Positions 29,417 through 43,595 of a stretch of DNA of 64,000 bases are shown piece after piece. This DNA comes from Eledone cirrhosa (Eukaryota). Location: positions 403,558,001 to 403,622,000 of the forward strand of contig OZ024740.1 in NCBI GenBank assembly GCA_964016885.1, in the 5' to 3' direction. The position numbers and the translations under genes are program-made. The notes under the pieces were generated by a model, which saw nothing but the letters and a program-made list of their open reading frames with translations, searched no databases and was not told the origin of the DNA. Every line of letters starts with the position of its first letter. Within the stretch, counting starts at the first letter, position 1.

Positions 29417-30573
29417 TACAAGGCTCCTCATTTGTTTGAAGAAATTTGCATGAATTTAATAAAACATACATGAGTCATGAAAGAAGAGCTTTATTTGAGA
29501 CAAAATTGGTATTAATCATCTTGAGACAATTTTTGACGCATTTAGTTATTGAATCCGCTGTTTGTACGTGGTTTGAAACGTTGACATGCTCGAATCAAAT
29601 GATCTATATCTATTTTAGACATTGTGCTAGTTATGACGGACGTCAGAGATTTTATAGTGTTATGAGGATATTGATTGACTTCTCTCTCGTTTAAACTCCA
29701 TACGTAGTAATCGAACAGATTCAGGCTGGAGAGCTAGAAAGTCATATATTTGGTGTGACGTGACCGTGGAGATTGTAACTCATCCATTCTTGGGTCGTAT
29801 CCAGCCTCTCTTTATAGTCAGCAGCATTAACTGTCAAGCCGAGAGAACAGAAGTGAGGAAGCATGACATCTCCCTCACTGCTCAGAACTCCCAGAACCAT
29901 CACAGTTGCGAGAAAATTTGTTTGAATGAACATTGGATAGTCTTTAATGTCTCTGCATAACCATCTGACATTCCATTGGTTGGCCGTTTGGTCTTGATCA
30001 ACGTTCTTTTCTCATCAGAAAAAAAAACAAAGCATTCCAGGCTCTTGAAGTTTCAACTTGCTCAGCAAGTACTTTGCAAGGGTCAGACAGTTCTCTTTTG
30101 TCTTTGCATGCATGAATTTGTGTCTCTACATCACATATGACTTGTATCGAAGGTCAGCGTTCACAGTTTTTCCGATAGTGTGTCTTGAAATGTTGATCTC
30201 CTTAGAAATGGCGCTAATTAACTTTCTGGGGTTCTTATTAATAATCTGTTGCACCTTTCGTATGGATTTGAGAGGTCTGATGGTATTCGGACCCTTAGCA
30301 GGCGTTTTACGTTTGTCTACTGTTATAGAATCCTCGTCAAAGGCTTTCAGCCCTTTGCAAACTTTGATAACAAAGGACCATGCGACTTTAAGGAAAGGAG
30401 CAATCCTTAAATCACTATGCTCTGCCTTTAAGGGAACAATTACAGCATGTTTTTTTTTTCATTTGATGAGTTAGCTTGATGCTTGTCATCTTAAACGAAA
30501 TGTTAATCAGAGCAAGTTAGACAAATGTTAGAGCTATTAACAACGTGTCCTCAAATAAGTAAGCAACCCAGTA
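29417..30573 (-). mobile_element. Tc1/mariner-superfamily (maT/DD37D-like) transposon relic
   Basis: Minus-strand FSDEK..DQDQ, TVMVLGVLSSEGDVMLPHF and SP.LNLFDYYVW motifs. Degenerate terminal inverted repeats (18 of 26 matches including the flanking TA). Confidence 0.8.
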
Positions 30574-32814
30574 TGTTTATCATATATAAACATATTGTAT
30601 ATGCCTTCATATATGCCTCTATTATACGTTGTTTTCTTCAATCATATGCAAACGTTATGAGATTGTGATGGAAAAATAGAAATTGGTTGTTAACTCTATT
30701 CTCAAGAACCTTATCTTATATCCTGCAGGTTTCATAAAAGTTGTCAAATGTTAGATTTTTTTTAATTTTGAAACTGCTAATATGAGTAAATTTCACTCTT
30801 AAGAGCCGAACTTGTTTAAATATTCAAATACACAAGATTTGTAAATGTACTTTTCTTTTTCCTTTTGAATATAAACTGAATGTAAAGGTTATGTAATTAA
30901 GATTCCCATAGCTAGATGTGACTCTAAAATAGTTCGACATTTTCAAACGAAATTTCTCTTTTGTTTTCTCATGCTGTGAAATATATTATTTGTCTGTTGT
31001 AATGGAAATTGTCGAAACAAATTCTGTTTTTTATATACAAAGTTCAGTTCCATAAAGACTCAATGAAAACAAAATACTTGAAACACAAGCCGGGAGTTAG
31101 ATCATAATAATAATTAAGATGATTTTAATGACAACGATGATGATGAGGACAGTGAAAGTTAATGATAATTTCAGACAAAATTTCTAAAGTCCGTTGATAA
31201 TGATAAGTATTGATACCAGAACTGTTCATTATTTATACATTTATTAAAACCGTAGCATAGGCAAACATAATGGAAATGAACTGTATTCGAAGGTGACAAC
31301 CATTATCTATACAGGAAAACAATGAATTGATTGATGAATTCTTGAAAGCTAATAGTAATGTCTACACAAATTAGTTACTAGCATTCATCTAAAGGATGTA
31401 TGTCATTTCAATGCGCTTTATTTATGTTTTTTATACCTAGTCCTACAGATTACGACGATGATAATAATGAAGATGATGCTGCTAGTAATATTGCTAATAT
31501 TAATCTTTATCAATGACAACAATGGTGACGCTAACTGCTCTGATGATGATAGTATTTTATAAATCCTTCGGCGCATATGTTTTATACATTTCCATGCAAT
31601 ATGATAAACGTAAAAACTACAATAACGAAGACTAAACCTAAAAGAGTGGAAACAGAAAATATTAAAATGGCAATATATGGAAAGAAAAGACTAGCCTCCT
31701 TACATATACCAATATCACTACTTTTTTACTTAATGGAATAAATATATACAATTTAACTACTATTTTACTTAATGGAATAAATATTTCGAGGCATCAGCTT
31801 CAACAAGAATATCAGTATAAAAACGATAACGAAATAATTATTTCATCTATCTAACTACAAAACACTTTATTCACGAAGGAGGAGTATATTAAGTTGACCC
31901 ACGCGTATTGCTGACACATATTCTCTCAACTCCAAAGCGATGAAAAGTACAAACATTCTTATCAATATATGGACGCAAGATATGAAATATATTAAATACC
32001 GTACATTTTCTAATCCAGTATTTGCTTCGAATTTTACATTCTAAAGAGTCAACAAAATTATAATAAGGACACTACAAACAATAATAAGAATTCTAACAAG
32101 GAAAACTATGTCATCATACTATTTAAGTTTCTTCATAAAATTTCCTTGGAGACGTTTATATTTTCATCGTAAATGTTTCCGAATTTCCCGATACCGTTCA
32201 TCTGAATCTACTTGTTTCAAAACTGGTATTAGAACAGGCAGACTTGTAGTTGTTTATCTGGTGCTCTAAAAGCAAGTCAACTTCTAATGACGAACAAGAA
32301 AATGGAGCATCAGGTCACAGCATCAATAGTAGAATTGTTGCTAATATACCTGACTTTCTACATACATAGTGATTGGTCATGTAAGTAGAAATGGATTAAT
32401 TATTAACTATTATTTAACTAAACTATTAAATACTAATAGAGCTTGTACGTTGTAGAAACATTCTAGAGTTTGCAGGCATTCCTATTAACCTATATATATT
32501 TTCAGTTATATGAAGAAAATAAAATATATATTAGTAAGGCAGTAGCTAGAAAAAAATCAACATTGAAGATTATGGGTACATTCTTGTTGAAGGGAAAGTA
32601 CATTTAAATAATTTGATTTGCTTAATTTTGACGTTTAATTGAGGATATAATTGTTGTTAATTTTTTTACTGTTGCTGTTGATACTGTTGTTGTTTGGCTC
32701 CATGTCTGCTCTAATTGAACAAATCGCTAATCAAATACATTCCAACTTTGAATATCCCGTAGCCAAAACTACATTATCCAATGTATCCTTCTTATTTTTA
32801 AAACAGTGGAGTCG

Positions 32815-33765
32815 GATTGGAGGGAAAATTGGTGTCGACCACCTCGATTTCCGAGGTGGCCGACACCATCACGGTGATGTCGTCCGCATAAGCCGACGCA
32901 GCCTTTCCGCGTCCCGGTTTGAGCTGGATTCCCTGCAATAGCTCCAGCTTCCGCAGTAAAGCCTCGAGAGTCAATACGCTCAGAAGGGAGGAGAGAGGGA
33001 ACCCTTAACGGACCGATCGGGATCTCTGAAACGGTTCCGAGAGGTGGCCATTACTTTGACTACCGAGCAGATGCCGCTGTGCATTGCAGCGATCCAGCTT
33101 CTGAAGACGGAACCGAAGCCAGCTGCCTTGAGGACAGCCTCCAGGTACCGATGGTAGACTCTATCGAATGGTTTCGATTGATCTAAATTGATCAGAGCCC
33201 CACTGAAGCCAGGTTTACACCCTACCCTCCCTATGATATATCGCATGAGGTGGAGGTTGTCGTGTATGGACCTGGTCGGGATGCGCAAGTTTGCGCCTCC
33301 CCAACAAAATCTTCGATGACAAGCGCCAACCTCTTCGTTAACACCTTGGCCAAAATCTTAAACTCTGTGTTGAGCAGAGTTATGGGCTTGAAATTTTCTA
33401 ATGTGTCCCTCTTGTTCTCGTCTTTCCTTATCAGCGTCACTACGCCCAGGCTCACAGAACTGGGAATACTCCCGTTCTGCTGCCAGTTTCAGTAGAGTGC
33501 TTCAAGGAGATCGGAGAACAAGTCTGACATATTTACGTAAAACTCGTAGGGCAGACCATCCAAACCGGGTGACTTGCACCTCGTGCAGCAGACAAGGGCA
33601 TCCTGAATTTCGGCTAAAGTAATCTGCCTTTCGCAGCGCTCAGCGTCGGCCGTCGAGGTAGGGACTGAAGTCCACCACCGTCTCTGACCCGCCACTTACC
33701 CCGAACAACCGAGAAAACGCTAGCGAAAGGCTTCACACCTCCGCCTGGAATTGCTCAACTCGTGT
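32815..33765 (-). mobile_element. L1/Tx1-clade LINE RT fragment (same family as 9700-11614)
   Basis: KSPGLDGLPYEFY, FKPITLLNTEFKILAKVL, LDQSKPFDRV and SAYADD motifs, frameshifted. Confidence 0.9.
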
Positions 33766-33943
33766 CCAAAGTTCAAATATTTCGGCCAAAAGGCCCAAAT
33801 ATTATACAGTCACCCCTTCACAGGGCAAAAATGGAAGTCTTACGACCCTTTTCAAAGAATACAACAATTATTATAAATGAAAATAAATGAAAATTTACCA
33901 CTTTTGCGGAGCTCCAAAAAGACGTCTACACTGTCTGACAGAC

Positions 33944-33993
<50 letters not shown>

Positions 33994-33997
<4 letters not shown>

Positions 33998-34488
33998 AAA
34001 TGGTATGAGCATAGGCCAGAGGCGGTGATGGAGAACAATCAGGTGAAGGTGCTGTGGGATTTTAGGATACAGACGGACAAAAAACTGGAACACAATAGAC
34101 CTGACCTGGTGGTTGTGGACAAAGAAAAAAGATCGTGTCTGATTGTGGATGTGGCCTGCCCGTTCGACACGAGAGTGCAAGAGAAGGAGAGGGGGAAAAT
34201 TAACCGATACCAGGACCTAAAGTGGGAGGTGAAAAGGATTTGGAACTGCCATGAAGTCAAAGTGATCCCGATTGTCATAGGCGCACTGGGGACTATCTCC
34301 AAAAGTTTCCAGGGATGGTTAAAGAAAATCGGCCCCTTCACGCTTTTTGGAACGCTTCAAAAGGCATGCTTGCTTGGAACAGCAAGAACCCTCCGATACG
34401 TCCTGAATATCTGAGGCTGCAGGTAGTGGCTTGATATTCAATCCAACGGACTTTCCAGTTAACCAACATCAATGACTGAGATTCCAGG
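33994..34488 (+). mobile_element. R4/Dong-clade non-LTR retrotransposon 3' end (restriction-like endonuclease)
   Basis: KWYEHRPE..VLWDFRIQTD...NRPDLVVVDK...IVDVACPFD...KINRYQDL...VIPIVIGALG, flanked by (TAA)n on both sides. Confidence 0.85.
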
Positions 34489-34497
34489 AATAACAAC

Positions 34498-34547
<50 letters not shown>

Positions 34548-34649
34548 TAATAATAATAATAATAACAACAACAACAATGGTAATGATAATTTCTTTATTA
34601 GTCACAAGATCGAGGACGATACATTGTAGGTTTACATGAAAAACATTCA

Positions 34650-34960
34650 AAAAAGGAAATCAACGAAAACAAATAAAACATTGAGATACAAAAAAAAAAG
34701 AAAAGAATAATTTCCCCCAATAGGGGTGAGTTTCGAAGGCTTCTCATGGAAAAACACACAAAAAATACGGTCATCCTGACAACTAAGCAAATGTCCTCCT
34801 CCGATCAGCAGGTGCAATCTCAGAGCAGGCCCGTTCACTCGGACCATACTCACCACTCTCAACCATCTTTCAATACATTTGGAGAAAGTCACCATTTTAT
34901 TCTTCACCTTCATTTCTCTTTTCAAGTGTAACTTGTGAAAGTCTTTGAGTGCTTGGACAA
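34650..34960 (-). mobile_element. L1/Tx1 LINE 3' end fragment
   Basis: LKREMKV...CIERWLRV parallels LKRKIRV...FVERWVR at 11250-11350. Confidence 0.6.
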
Positions 34961-35760
34961 AGTGGAAAGTGTCTATCTTCAGTCCGTAATAATTGTTTCT
35001 ACTTTAATTACAAGGCCCTTCACACATTTATAATAATGATTTTTTATAATAATGATTTATTATTATTATTATTGCTCGTAGCGGACACCATTCACACTGG
35101 GTAATCTGCATCATGTACAGCACCTTAGGACTATCCGTATATCAGATGTTGTTATCGGTTTTTCTGAGCCCTCCGCATCTTCCGTGATAAGCCGTCGGGT
35201 AGGAACTAGACTCCACCGTCTCTACCCTCCTGCTCGTAGTGCACAGATGTGCAAATTGCCGCTGAATAGCTCCAAATATCTACTTAGAATCGTGAATTAT
35301 ATGCCCATCTTGGTTCCCCAAAGACCAAATTGTGGTTTTGTTGCCAGGCTGAGCCTTTATAACTCCGGTCTATCAAACGACTTTCGTCCCTCTTTCCCTC
35401 GTATTTCAGTGTATGTGCCTTAGCTCTGACAATACAGCTTTCACATTTCCCATTGATGAAATCACCCAGGGCCATTCTTGCAACAGTCTCATTGGTTGCG
35501 ATGCTACTTCTAATCACCTCTTCTAGTTTAACTATTACTTCCATTCTATTCTATTTTTTTTCTATTGCTACTCTTTTGCAACTGGCTCTTAAATAATATG
35601 GTAATCCTAAATCTGTATGTTTTACGCGCCAGGAACGATGCGTTAAGCTTCCAGTAACCGTCTCCCTGTCTACGTGTCCCTGCCTACGTGTTTTCTCTGG
35701 ATTGACTGTATGACGGTTTGTAATACTCGACACCCTATACCATCTCTATCTGCTAACTTA

Positions 35761-35958
35761 AAATCCCGCCGAGGTTAACTTTGCCTTTCATCCTTACGGG
35801 ATCGATAGAATAAAGTACCAGTAACGTACTGGAGTCGATTTAATCGACTTTCCCCTCCTCCAAATTACTGGCCTTGTGCCTATAGGGTCGATAAAATAAA
35901 TTACCAGTAATGCACTGGATAATTGCTAGCCTTGTGCCAAAAGTAGAAACAATTATTA
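35761..35958 (+). mobile_element. SINE family A with duplicated tail
   Basis: Core plus an older-type tail, then a second GGGTCGATAAAATAAA...TGTGCCAAAAGTAGAAAC tail. Confidence 0.8.
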
Positions 35959-36211
35959 TTATTTGCAATATTTTGTTCTTGTATTTTTTATTGTATTGTA
36001 CTGCTCTTAATATGTAGTAGGGCCCCTTAATATGATTTTCGGAGGAGGAGGGGGGGGGGCGTATGTTGTATCTACAAGCTCTGGGATTTTTACTTGATTA
36101 TACATTTTTGTATAAGGTTAAAATAATTTCTATCTTTTATTCTGGGGTTTGTTTCCAATCCATACATTCTGGTTCTATTTCCAGAGATATTTGGATTCTT
36201 TCTCCATACAT

Positions 36212-36340
36212 TCGCGTCTCCCTTGCCGTCCTCCGGAGAAACGCCTTCTCCATTCTGTCCGCCGGGACTGTGGGGAGGCCACCAATGTGATTGACTGACT
36301 TGTCATTTTATCAGTCAGATGTTTTTAGACATCTATCAGT
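36212..36340 (+). mobile_element. CRE-like LINE 3' end fragment
   Basis: RVSLAVLRRNAFSILSAG; 3' UTR shared with 49757-49992. Confidence 0.7.
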
Positions 36341-37002
36341 GTACGAAGATAAAACTTCGTCATTCTATGAAGCCTCTATGGCAATTGATGGAGTCGTGTG
36401 CTCTTAATGCTTATTACTTCCTCTTTTCTTTCACCCCACCCCTGTATTTCACTCTCTTCTCGCTATTCCAACTCTCCTTAAGTAGTGTCAAGCTTAATAA
36501 AGTGAACCATTACAATATTGCTTTCATATGTAAACGAAATCTATATTCAAGCGTCACATCTTATGAGGCATTTATTTTCCTAGTGACAGCAATGTCCAAT
36601 ATTCTGGCTCCTGATTACGCTTCAGTTAACAATCACCAAATTCTACACTTGATCTTGGATTGTAACTCGATCAAAGTGATGAACTGTGGCAAAGCTTGTT
36701 CGATAAATAGCAGCTGTAACTTCATAATGGTTTCTATTAGCTCACCACTACACATATTTACAACATTCAAACACTCATATCGGAATAAATGTTAGAAACA
36801 TACTTTATTAAAGGAATCGGTCACTTTTCCGTGAAAGGTAAGAGTAAATCGGATGTGTTTATCAGTTCCGGCTGTTATTCGTAAGATGCAGTAAACAATT
36901 TTCCACAGAGAAAGAGGTAATATGTTGTTACTATGGCGTGGATAGAGCGTTTCACTATGACCAAATTACTTGATTCTTGGATCACCGTATAACAGCCTGA
37001 TA

Positions 37003-37180
37003 ATAATTGTTTCTACTTTTGGCACAAAATTACTCCCGTGCATCACTGGTACTTTATTTTATCGACCTCGTAAGGATGAAAGGCAAAGTTAACCACGGCG
37101 GATTTGAACTCAGAACGCAAAGGGCCATAAGTATGCTGCAAAGCATGGCGTCTGACGCTCTACCGATACTGCCAATCCAC
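37003..37180 (-). mobile_element. SINE family A
   Basis: Full reverse match. Confidence 0.88.
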
Positions 37181-38689
37181 TGACTTGATAATAATACACT
37201 AATAATAATATTAATACACTATCGAAAGGATGTGCAAAACCACCTTTTGAACATTGCTATTATCATTTTATAGTGAGATGAACGGCCTTAATGTTCAATC
37301 TAACTTCTCCTCTACCAGAGTTTCTATCTAACTGCAGATCTAGACCGAATCAGTTCCCTCAACGCAGTCTCAAATACTGATCAATACGTTATGCATCTAT
37401 ACGTGCTAAATTTCAAGCGTAGTATGTTCTGGTTAATTCCTACTCCGATTACATGCACGTTAGAAGCGGTTATCTCGATTTTAAGGTGTCTAGTATGGGT
37501 TTGATATGTTTATTGTGGACATGCACTGAGTTCCTATCTTTTCCCCAGATTCTGCAGTATGGGCCGAAGTGCTAAAATATACTGAAGTTGGAGTATGCAT
37601 ATTTGACGAACCGAGCGCATGGTATAATAAATGTCTATCTGTTCTGTTCCGCAAATAGATGCCGCTGTATAACGATACACTGCAGACTTTAAATACGGCT
37701 GCTCTTCCTTCGAGTGCCTTGTACCGATATATAACCACATCAAACATTTTGTATGGGCGTAATTGGTAAGAGACTCAGCAAAACCAGATTTAGGACTGTT
37801 ATTTTCTATTGAATGCCGTACTACATGTAGGATGTCCTTGTTAGACTTCCTAGAATTATATTTGATTTTATCATTACAGGTTAACGAAACACTTTTCAAA
37901 TTTGTGGGCTACATTAACTTTATTGTCTTTATTCATATTTATAGTTATGTGTTTATATGGATGTCTACTCATACACTCCCAAATTCTGCTTACTTACATG
38001 TACAGAAACACACACGTATGCATACATTCATACATACATGTATACATACATGCATACATACATACACATATGCACACAAACATACATACATACATGCATA
38101 CATACATACATACATACATACATACATACATACATACATGATGATGGCTGCCCCCTTGTTATCGAGTATGCCCATTGCACGATATACCATTATTAATAAT
38201 TATTAATTAATTTTATCGTGCAATGCCTTTGCGTGAAGATATATTTTAAAGCGAGGAAAGACTGCACTGAGCCAATCCCACTCTTTGAGCGACAGTAGCT
38301 ATAACCAGAAAAGAAGAAAAGATCAACATCATCGGTAACTACTGAGCCGCAGGTTTTATATCGGAGTCATCCCAGTTTCCTGAGTTGCCTTCTGCTAGAA
38401 GAATGCCCCGACAAAGGCTAGGGGTCCTTCACTCCCAGTGGTTTAACCGCGCGACCGGGTGTCCAGCCCGACTATTTCTATGTCCCCGCGCATATACACA
38501 CACATGCACCCATGTACATGTGTATATACATATTTACACACTTTTGGATGGCCGTTGACTCTTATGAGTTCTTCCGCCCTTTGTCAGGTTTTGTTTTTTG
38601 TCCTGCAGGGTGTCCAAAATCCTCCTCCGGGAGCAAAGGTTAGGAACGAGGTGGATGTAATGGTGAAGAGCAAAGTCTGGGTGATATGT

Positions 38690-39165
38690 TACTGTTTGAG
38701 TTCGGTGTGGATGTAGGACCTTCATATGGACCTGAACATCTGTCTCTTCGTCGCTCCAGTGGAGTCTGTGCTGCTTCACGGGTCTGAGACTTGGATCTGA
38801 CCAAGAGACTCCTTCAGATGGTGAATGGGTGCTACACAAAGATGTTGAGGATGGTTCTAAACATTAACCAGTACACACTAACGATGAAGAACACAGAACT
38901 GTACGGGAGTATTCCAAAGGTCAGCTCGATAGTGACACAGAGGAGACTGACATGCTCACCGACATTCAGAGGTGACATTGCACTCAGAGGTCCTGTGGGA
39001 GCTTCTACATGGACACGCTGGAAGAAGAAGACCGAGGTTGACATATGTTGATGTCCTAAAGACAGACACTAGTCTATGAGAGACGCGGGTGATAACGGTG
39101 CTGATGAAGGAAAGAGACCGCCTGAGAGAACTCATCCATGGATCTTGGAAATTTTACCCACCTTA
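38690..39165 (+). mobile_element. RTE-like LINE 3' fragment
   Basis: LLHGSETW, GCYTKMLRMVLNI, ELYGSIPKVS..QRRL and RPRLTYVDVL motifs across frames. The 3' end is repeated at 43434-43535. Confidence 0.7.
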
Positions 39166-39188
39166 ATATATATATATATAAAATATTT

Positions 39189-39276
<88 letters not shown>

Positions 39277-39444
39277 AAATATTTTTTTCATTTTCTTTGC
39301 ATTTTTCTTTTTGAATTCTGTCTTTTTCTACATTCTGAACGCAGTTTTTCCTGCTGAAGAGAAAATGCCCGATACGTTGACCGTGTAACTCACCTTCTTT
39401 CTCTTAATACGACTTTATATTAATGCAACCTTTTTTTCTTTTTT

Positions 39445-39530
<86 letters not shown>

Positions 39531-40355
39531 ATATATATAAGAGAGTATTGAAGTTTGCTTGAAGCATTGTGGAATAATAATATATATTATTCCACAATAA
39601 TATATGCCGTATCATATAATACTAATAATGTGCAGGAAGGGCGTATCACTACCGATTGTACATTGAGCCTGATCGATCGCGAAACGCGTGTCACGTGTGA
39701 ATAAAAATAATGATGTTATATTGATACTTCGTTCCTGCTCCTTATTATTAGCACTAGCAGAAAAACCACCCTTCGGGTGGTTTTCTGCTACCATGTGTAG
39801 TGTGTATATTGATATTATACGCAAGTATACACACATACATACACACATATATGTGTATGTGTGTGTATGAGCGTGTGAAGGCGCATGGCTTAGTGAACAG
39901 AGCGTTGGGCTTATATATGTTTGTGTGTGTGTCTTTAAAGTAACCATATTAATGGTTTAAATTTCATAGGGATCACACGAATGCAGTTTTCCAAAACAAA
40001 GGTCAAACCCATAGTCGTTATCACATATAATCATCTCACCTTTTTTTTAAAAACTTAAGTTTACTATTTTATGTTTCTTTATCCGCTTCACGTAAACCAC
40101 GATATGACTGTCAAATTAAGCACCGAGTCAAGAGAACGAGCAATCATCAACGCCAACCAATGTTTACCTAACGGGTTTGCCCTCTTCGTCACATGATGTC
40201 ACACGAGGTACGCCTTTGAGATCAACACATATCCTGGTGCAAAGTATTTCAATTAAATATACTCGATATATTTCTTTATTCATGTTTAATTTATTCCCCC
40301 TTCATCGTCTTCTCCCATTTCCTTTTCTATTCACCGTTTGTTTACTCTAGAAACC

Positions 40356-40392
40356 TATATAAAGCTAGTTTTCTTTTCAATGTTATCACTTT
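40356..40392 (+). promoter_or_regulatory. Core promoter: TATA box plus initiator
   Basis: TATATAAA at 40356-40363 and Inr-like TCACTTT (A at 40388, 32 nt after the first T), upstream of a strong donor and the ATG exon. Confidence 0.6.
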
Positions 40393-40472
40393 AGATTTGA
40401 ACAGACCTGGTGAGAATCTGAAGACGATCCTGAAAACTCTAATACCACTTGCTTAGCTATAACAGCAGAGAG
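40388..40472 (+). other. Predicted non-coding exon 1 (5' UTR) of the chitin-binding gene
   Basis: No ATG; ends AG|GTAAGA. The next exon has an acceptor (tttaaatag, AG at 42525-42526) 12 nt before the ATG. Confidence 0.6.
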
Positions 40473-41121
40473 GTAAGATTAAACTCCTTAATTTTATCAT
40501 TTGAGTTTAGATTTCATCCAATATTTTTTTCGATCCAACATTATATTGTATTTCTGTTCCATTTACAAATGATTCATTGCGTTAGATTCTTTATTTGACC
40601 CTTAAATATTTGATAACTGAATTTAATGAATTTCTTAACTTACCCCTAAATTGAGTGAAATCATTTCTTGACTGCCCAAATCTATTTTACGTTTTATGTA
40701 GAAAAATAGAGAATAACAAAGAAATTATGTTGCTTTTGTGAGGTCATTAATTTCAAGTCTTTTGCATTACTGATAGCGATACATTTAATCATTCTTGTAT
40801 AGGCTTTAAAGTACTTGTTTTACTTTCAATTATTTTACAGTTAAAAATATCTTCGTTTTAATCCAGTCAAATATACTCCACCTTGATTATCTGGTCTTGC
40901 CCTTATGCAGAGAAATCGATATTCTTAATGTTTGGCAATCGCTAAATTTCTCGTCTAACCATTTATTCGAATTGTTTAGAATTTTTATTACACAACATTC
41001 TTTCCCTACTTCTATAAATTATTGTCTTTATATACTTATGGTTTTATAACATGTTCTCATGTATGAAGCAAATATTTTGATTTCTTGGATTTCAACTCCA
41101 TGCAATCGAACTAATCCCGAA

Positions 41122-41310
41122 ATAATTGTTTCTACGTTAGGCACAAGGCCAGCAATTAACCAGTGCATTACTGGTACTTTATTTTATCGACCCCGTAAGG
41201 ATGAAAGGCAAAGTTAACCTCAGCGGTATTTGAACTCAGAATGGCAAGGGCCGTAACTCTATACGTCAAAGCATGGCGTCTGACCCTCTCCCAATACTGC
41301 CAATCCACCC
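41122..41310 (-). mobile_element. SINE family A (intron 1)
   Basis: Full reverse match. Confidence 0.9.
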
Positions 41311-41950
41311 GAAATAATGAAATTAATAACTGTTCGTAAAATATTTTAATATACAGGTTTTCATTCCAAGCTCTCATCAGAATGATTAGAACTTTTATTA
41401 GTTTAAGCTCGTTAAATCTAATATCATTATCACGCGAATCTTGTGATGAACTAAAAAAAAGGGAGCTAAATTGGATCAACAGACTTAACTGATGAAATAA
41501 TCCATCACCTGTTTGATGGTTCCTGTATTAAACTAAGTGAGACGAAAACAATCTTGGGTTGCAGATTTATAGAATATGGATGGTTATTACGAAGGTTTAG
41601 AATACTCAAAAGAGATTTTGAATGAACTTCTATAACAAAGAAACTATGAGATTCAGTGAGCATTTGCTCTTGCATCTGACATAAAATATATTTTCAGAGA
41701 TGATTAAAATAGTGTTTTATGATTCCAATTAAATCTATTTGAGATGCAGTGACCATATAATGCTCTGAATTTAAAAATAAATTACGGATTTATTTTTATA
41801 TTTGCTATTATATTATGACATTGTTTAATATCTATCTGTATCATATTCTAAATAGTTTTATTCTTATATAATTAAATACTTATTGAATCGTTATTTTTTG
41901 TTTAACAGAGAATACTATCAATATTTATAACAGAAATAGTATGTTTCCTC

Positions 41951-42037
41951 TTGCCTTTCATCCTTACGGGGTCGATAAAATAAGGTACCAGTAATACACT
42001 GGGATAATTGCTGGCCTTGTGCCACAAGTAGAAACAA
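41951..42037 (+). mobile_element. SINE family A, truncated (intron 1)
   Basis: Core and tail match. Confidence 0.8.
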
Positions 42038-42538
42038 ATAGTTATTTAGCTGTAGTAAATCAGATATATTTGTTGTGTTTTAGTCCGATATTATTTTAAT
42101 TATCGATAGAGATATTTTATTAGCGGCTCAGTTTTAAACTGTTATCCAAGAGGTTGTTAGTGTAGTTAATATAACTAAAATTAATTGTGAAATCAATCCT
42201 TATATAAATTGCTATAAAATTAAATATAGAATGAGATGGGGTGTTATTTAGCACTGGGACAGCATGCACTAAGTCCTTTCATCTATGACCACACATTTTT
42301 GTCGAAGAAGATAGAGGAATAAATAAAATATTACAATTTTAGTTAGAATTTAGTGAGCGTGACAAGGATTTTCAAACATCTAAGCTTAGCTTATACTAAT
42401 GAAAACATATATAATGATGATTAAGACTAACATGCATTGTGGAATGTTACTTCTTTAACTGGAGATATTAGAACATTTTCACTTTTCCTTTTAATTGCTA
42501 ATTTTATTAATTTATTTTTTAAATAGACTTTTGCCAAA

Positions 42539-42773
42539 ATGAAAACTCTGGCCATCACATTTGGCCTTCTCCTATTCTTCTTCACGGAAGTTTTTGGCAG
42601 ATTTTATTTTCCAACACAACCCAATACAACTCCATGGTGGAATAATCGTGGAAGCCAAACACAAAATAGTGGTGGTCAAACCCAAAACGGTGGAAGTCAA
42701 ACACAGAATGGTGGAAGTCAAACAAAGAATGGTGGCGATCAAACGCAGAATTACCCGATCCAAAACAGAACAG
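42539..42773 (+). CDS. Secreted chitin-binding, Cys-rich protein: first coding exon (signal peptide plus G/Q/N/T heptad repeats)
   Basis: gccaaaATG; MKTLAITFGLLLFFFTEVFG signal peptide; five GSQTQNG-like repeats; donor CAG|GTGAAT, phase 1. Confidence 0.85.
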
Positions 42774-43228
42774 GTGAATAAGAAATTGTCAGTTAATTAT
42801 TTCATTAACGAAATTTGCAAATTACAGCTAATTTTCAAAGCGCTTCACTAAACTTTAGAAGTATTAAATGATAAATATTATCATGCAAATATGTATGAAA
42901 TAATTATTTCACATTAAAAATAAGTATTATATATCATAACAATTTTAATATATGTTAATGTCATATATATATGAATATATTATATAAAATTACCATATAT
43001 ATCTATGTGTGCGTGTGTGTTTATCCCGGGTTCAAACGGGGGTAAACACAGTAAGTAAGGTACTCAATACATAGTAGAGTATATACAATATTTAATATAG
43101 AAATGGATTCTACAGGACTAGAACTGTTTAATTTGAAGGAAATCATCAGGAAAGCTTTCCTGGTGATTTCCGTCGAAAGAAACAGTTCTAGTCCTGTAGA
43201 ATCCATTTCTATATTGAATATTATATAT

Positions 43229-43337
<109 letters not shown>

Positions 43338-43362
43338 CATATATACATATATATATATATAA

Positions 43363-43440
<78 letters not shown>

Positions 43441-43538
43441 TGGTCTATTGGAGACGCAGGACATGGCAGTGATAATGAGGGACAGAGACCGCTGGAGAGA
43501 ACTCGTCCATGGATCTCGGGAATTTTACCCGCCTTAGA

Positions 43539-43594
<56 letters not shown>

Positions 43595-43595
43595 A

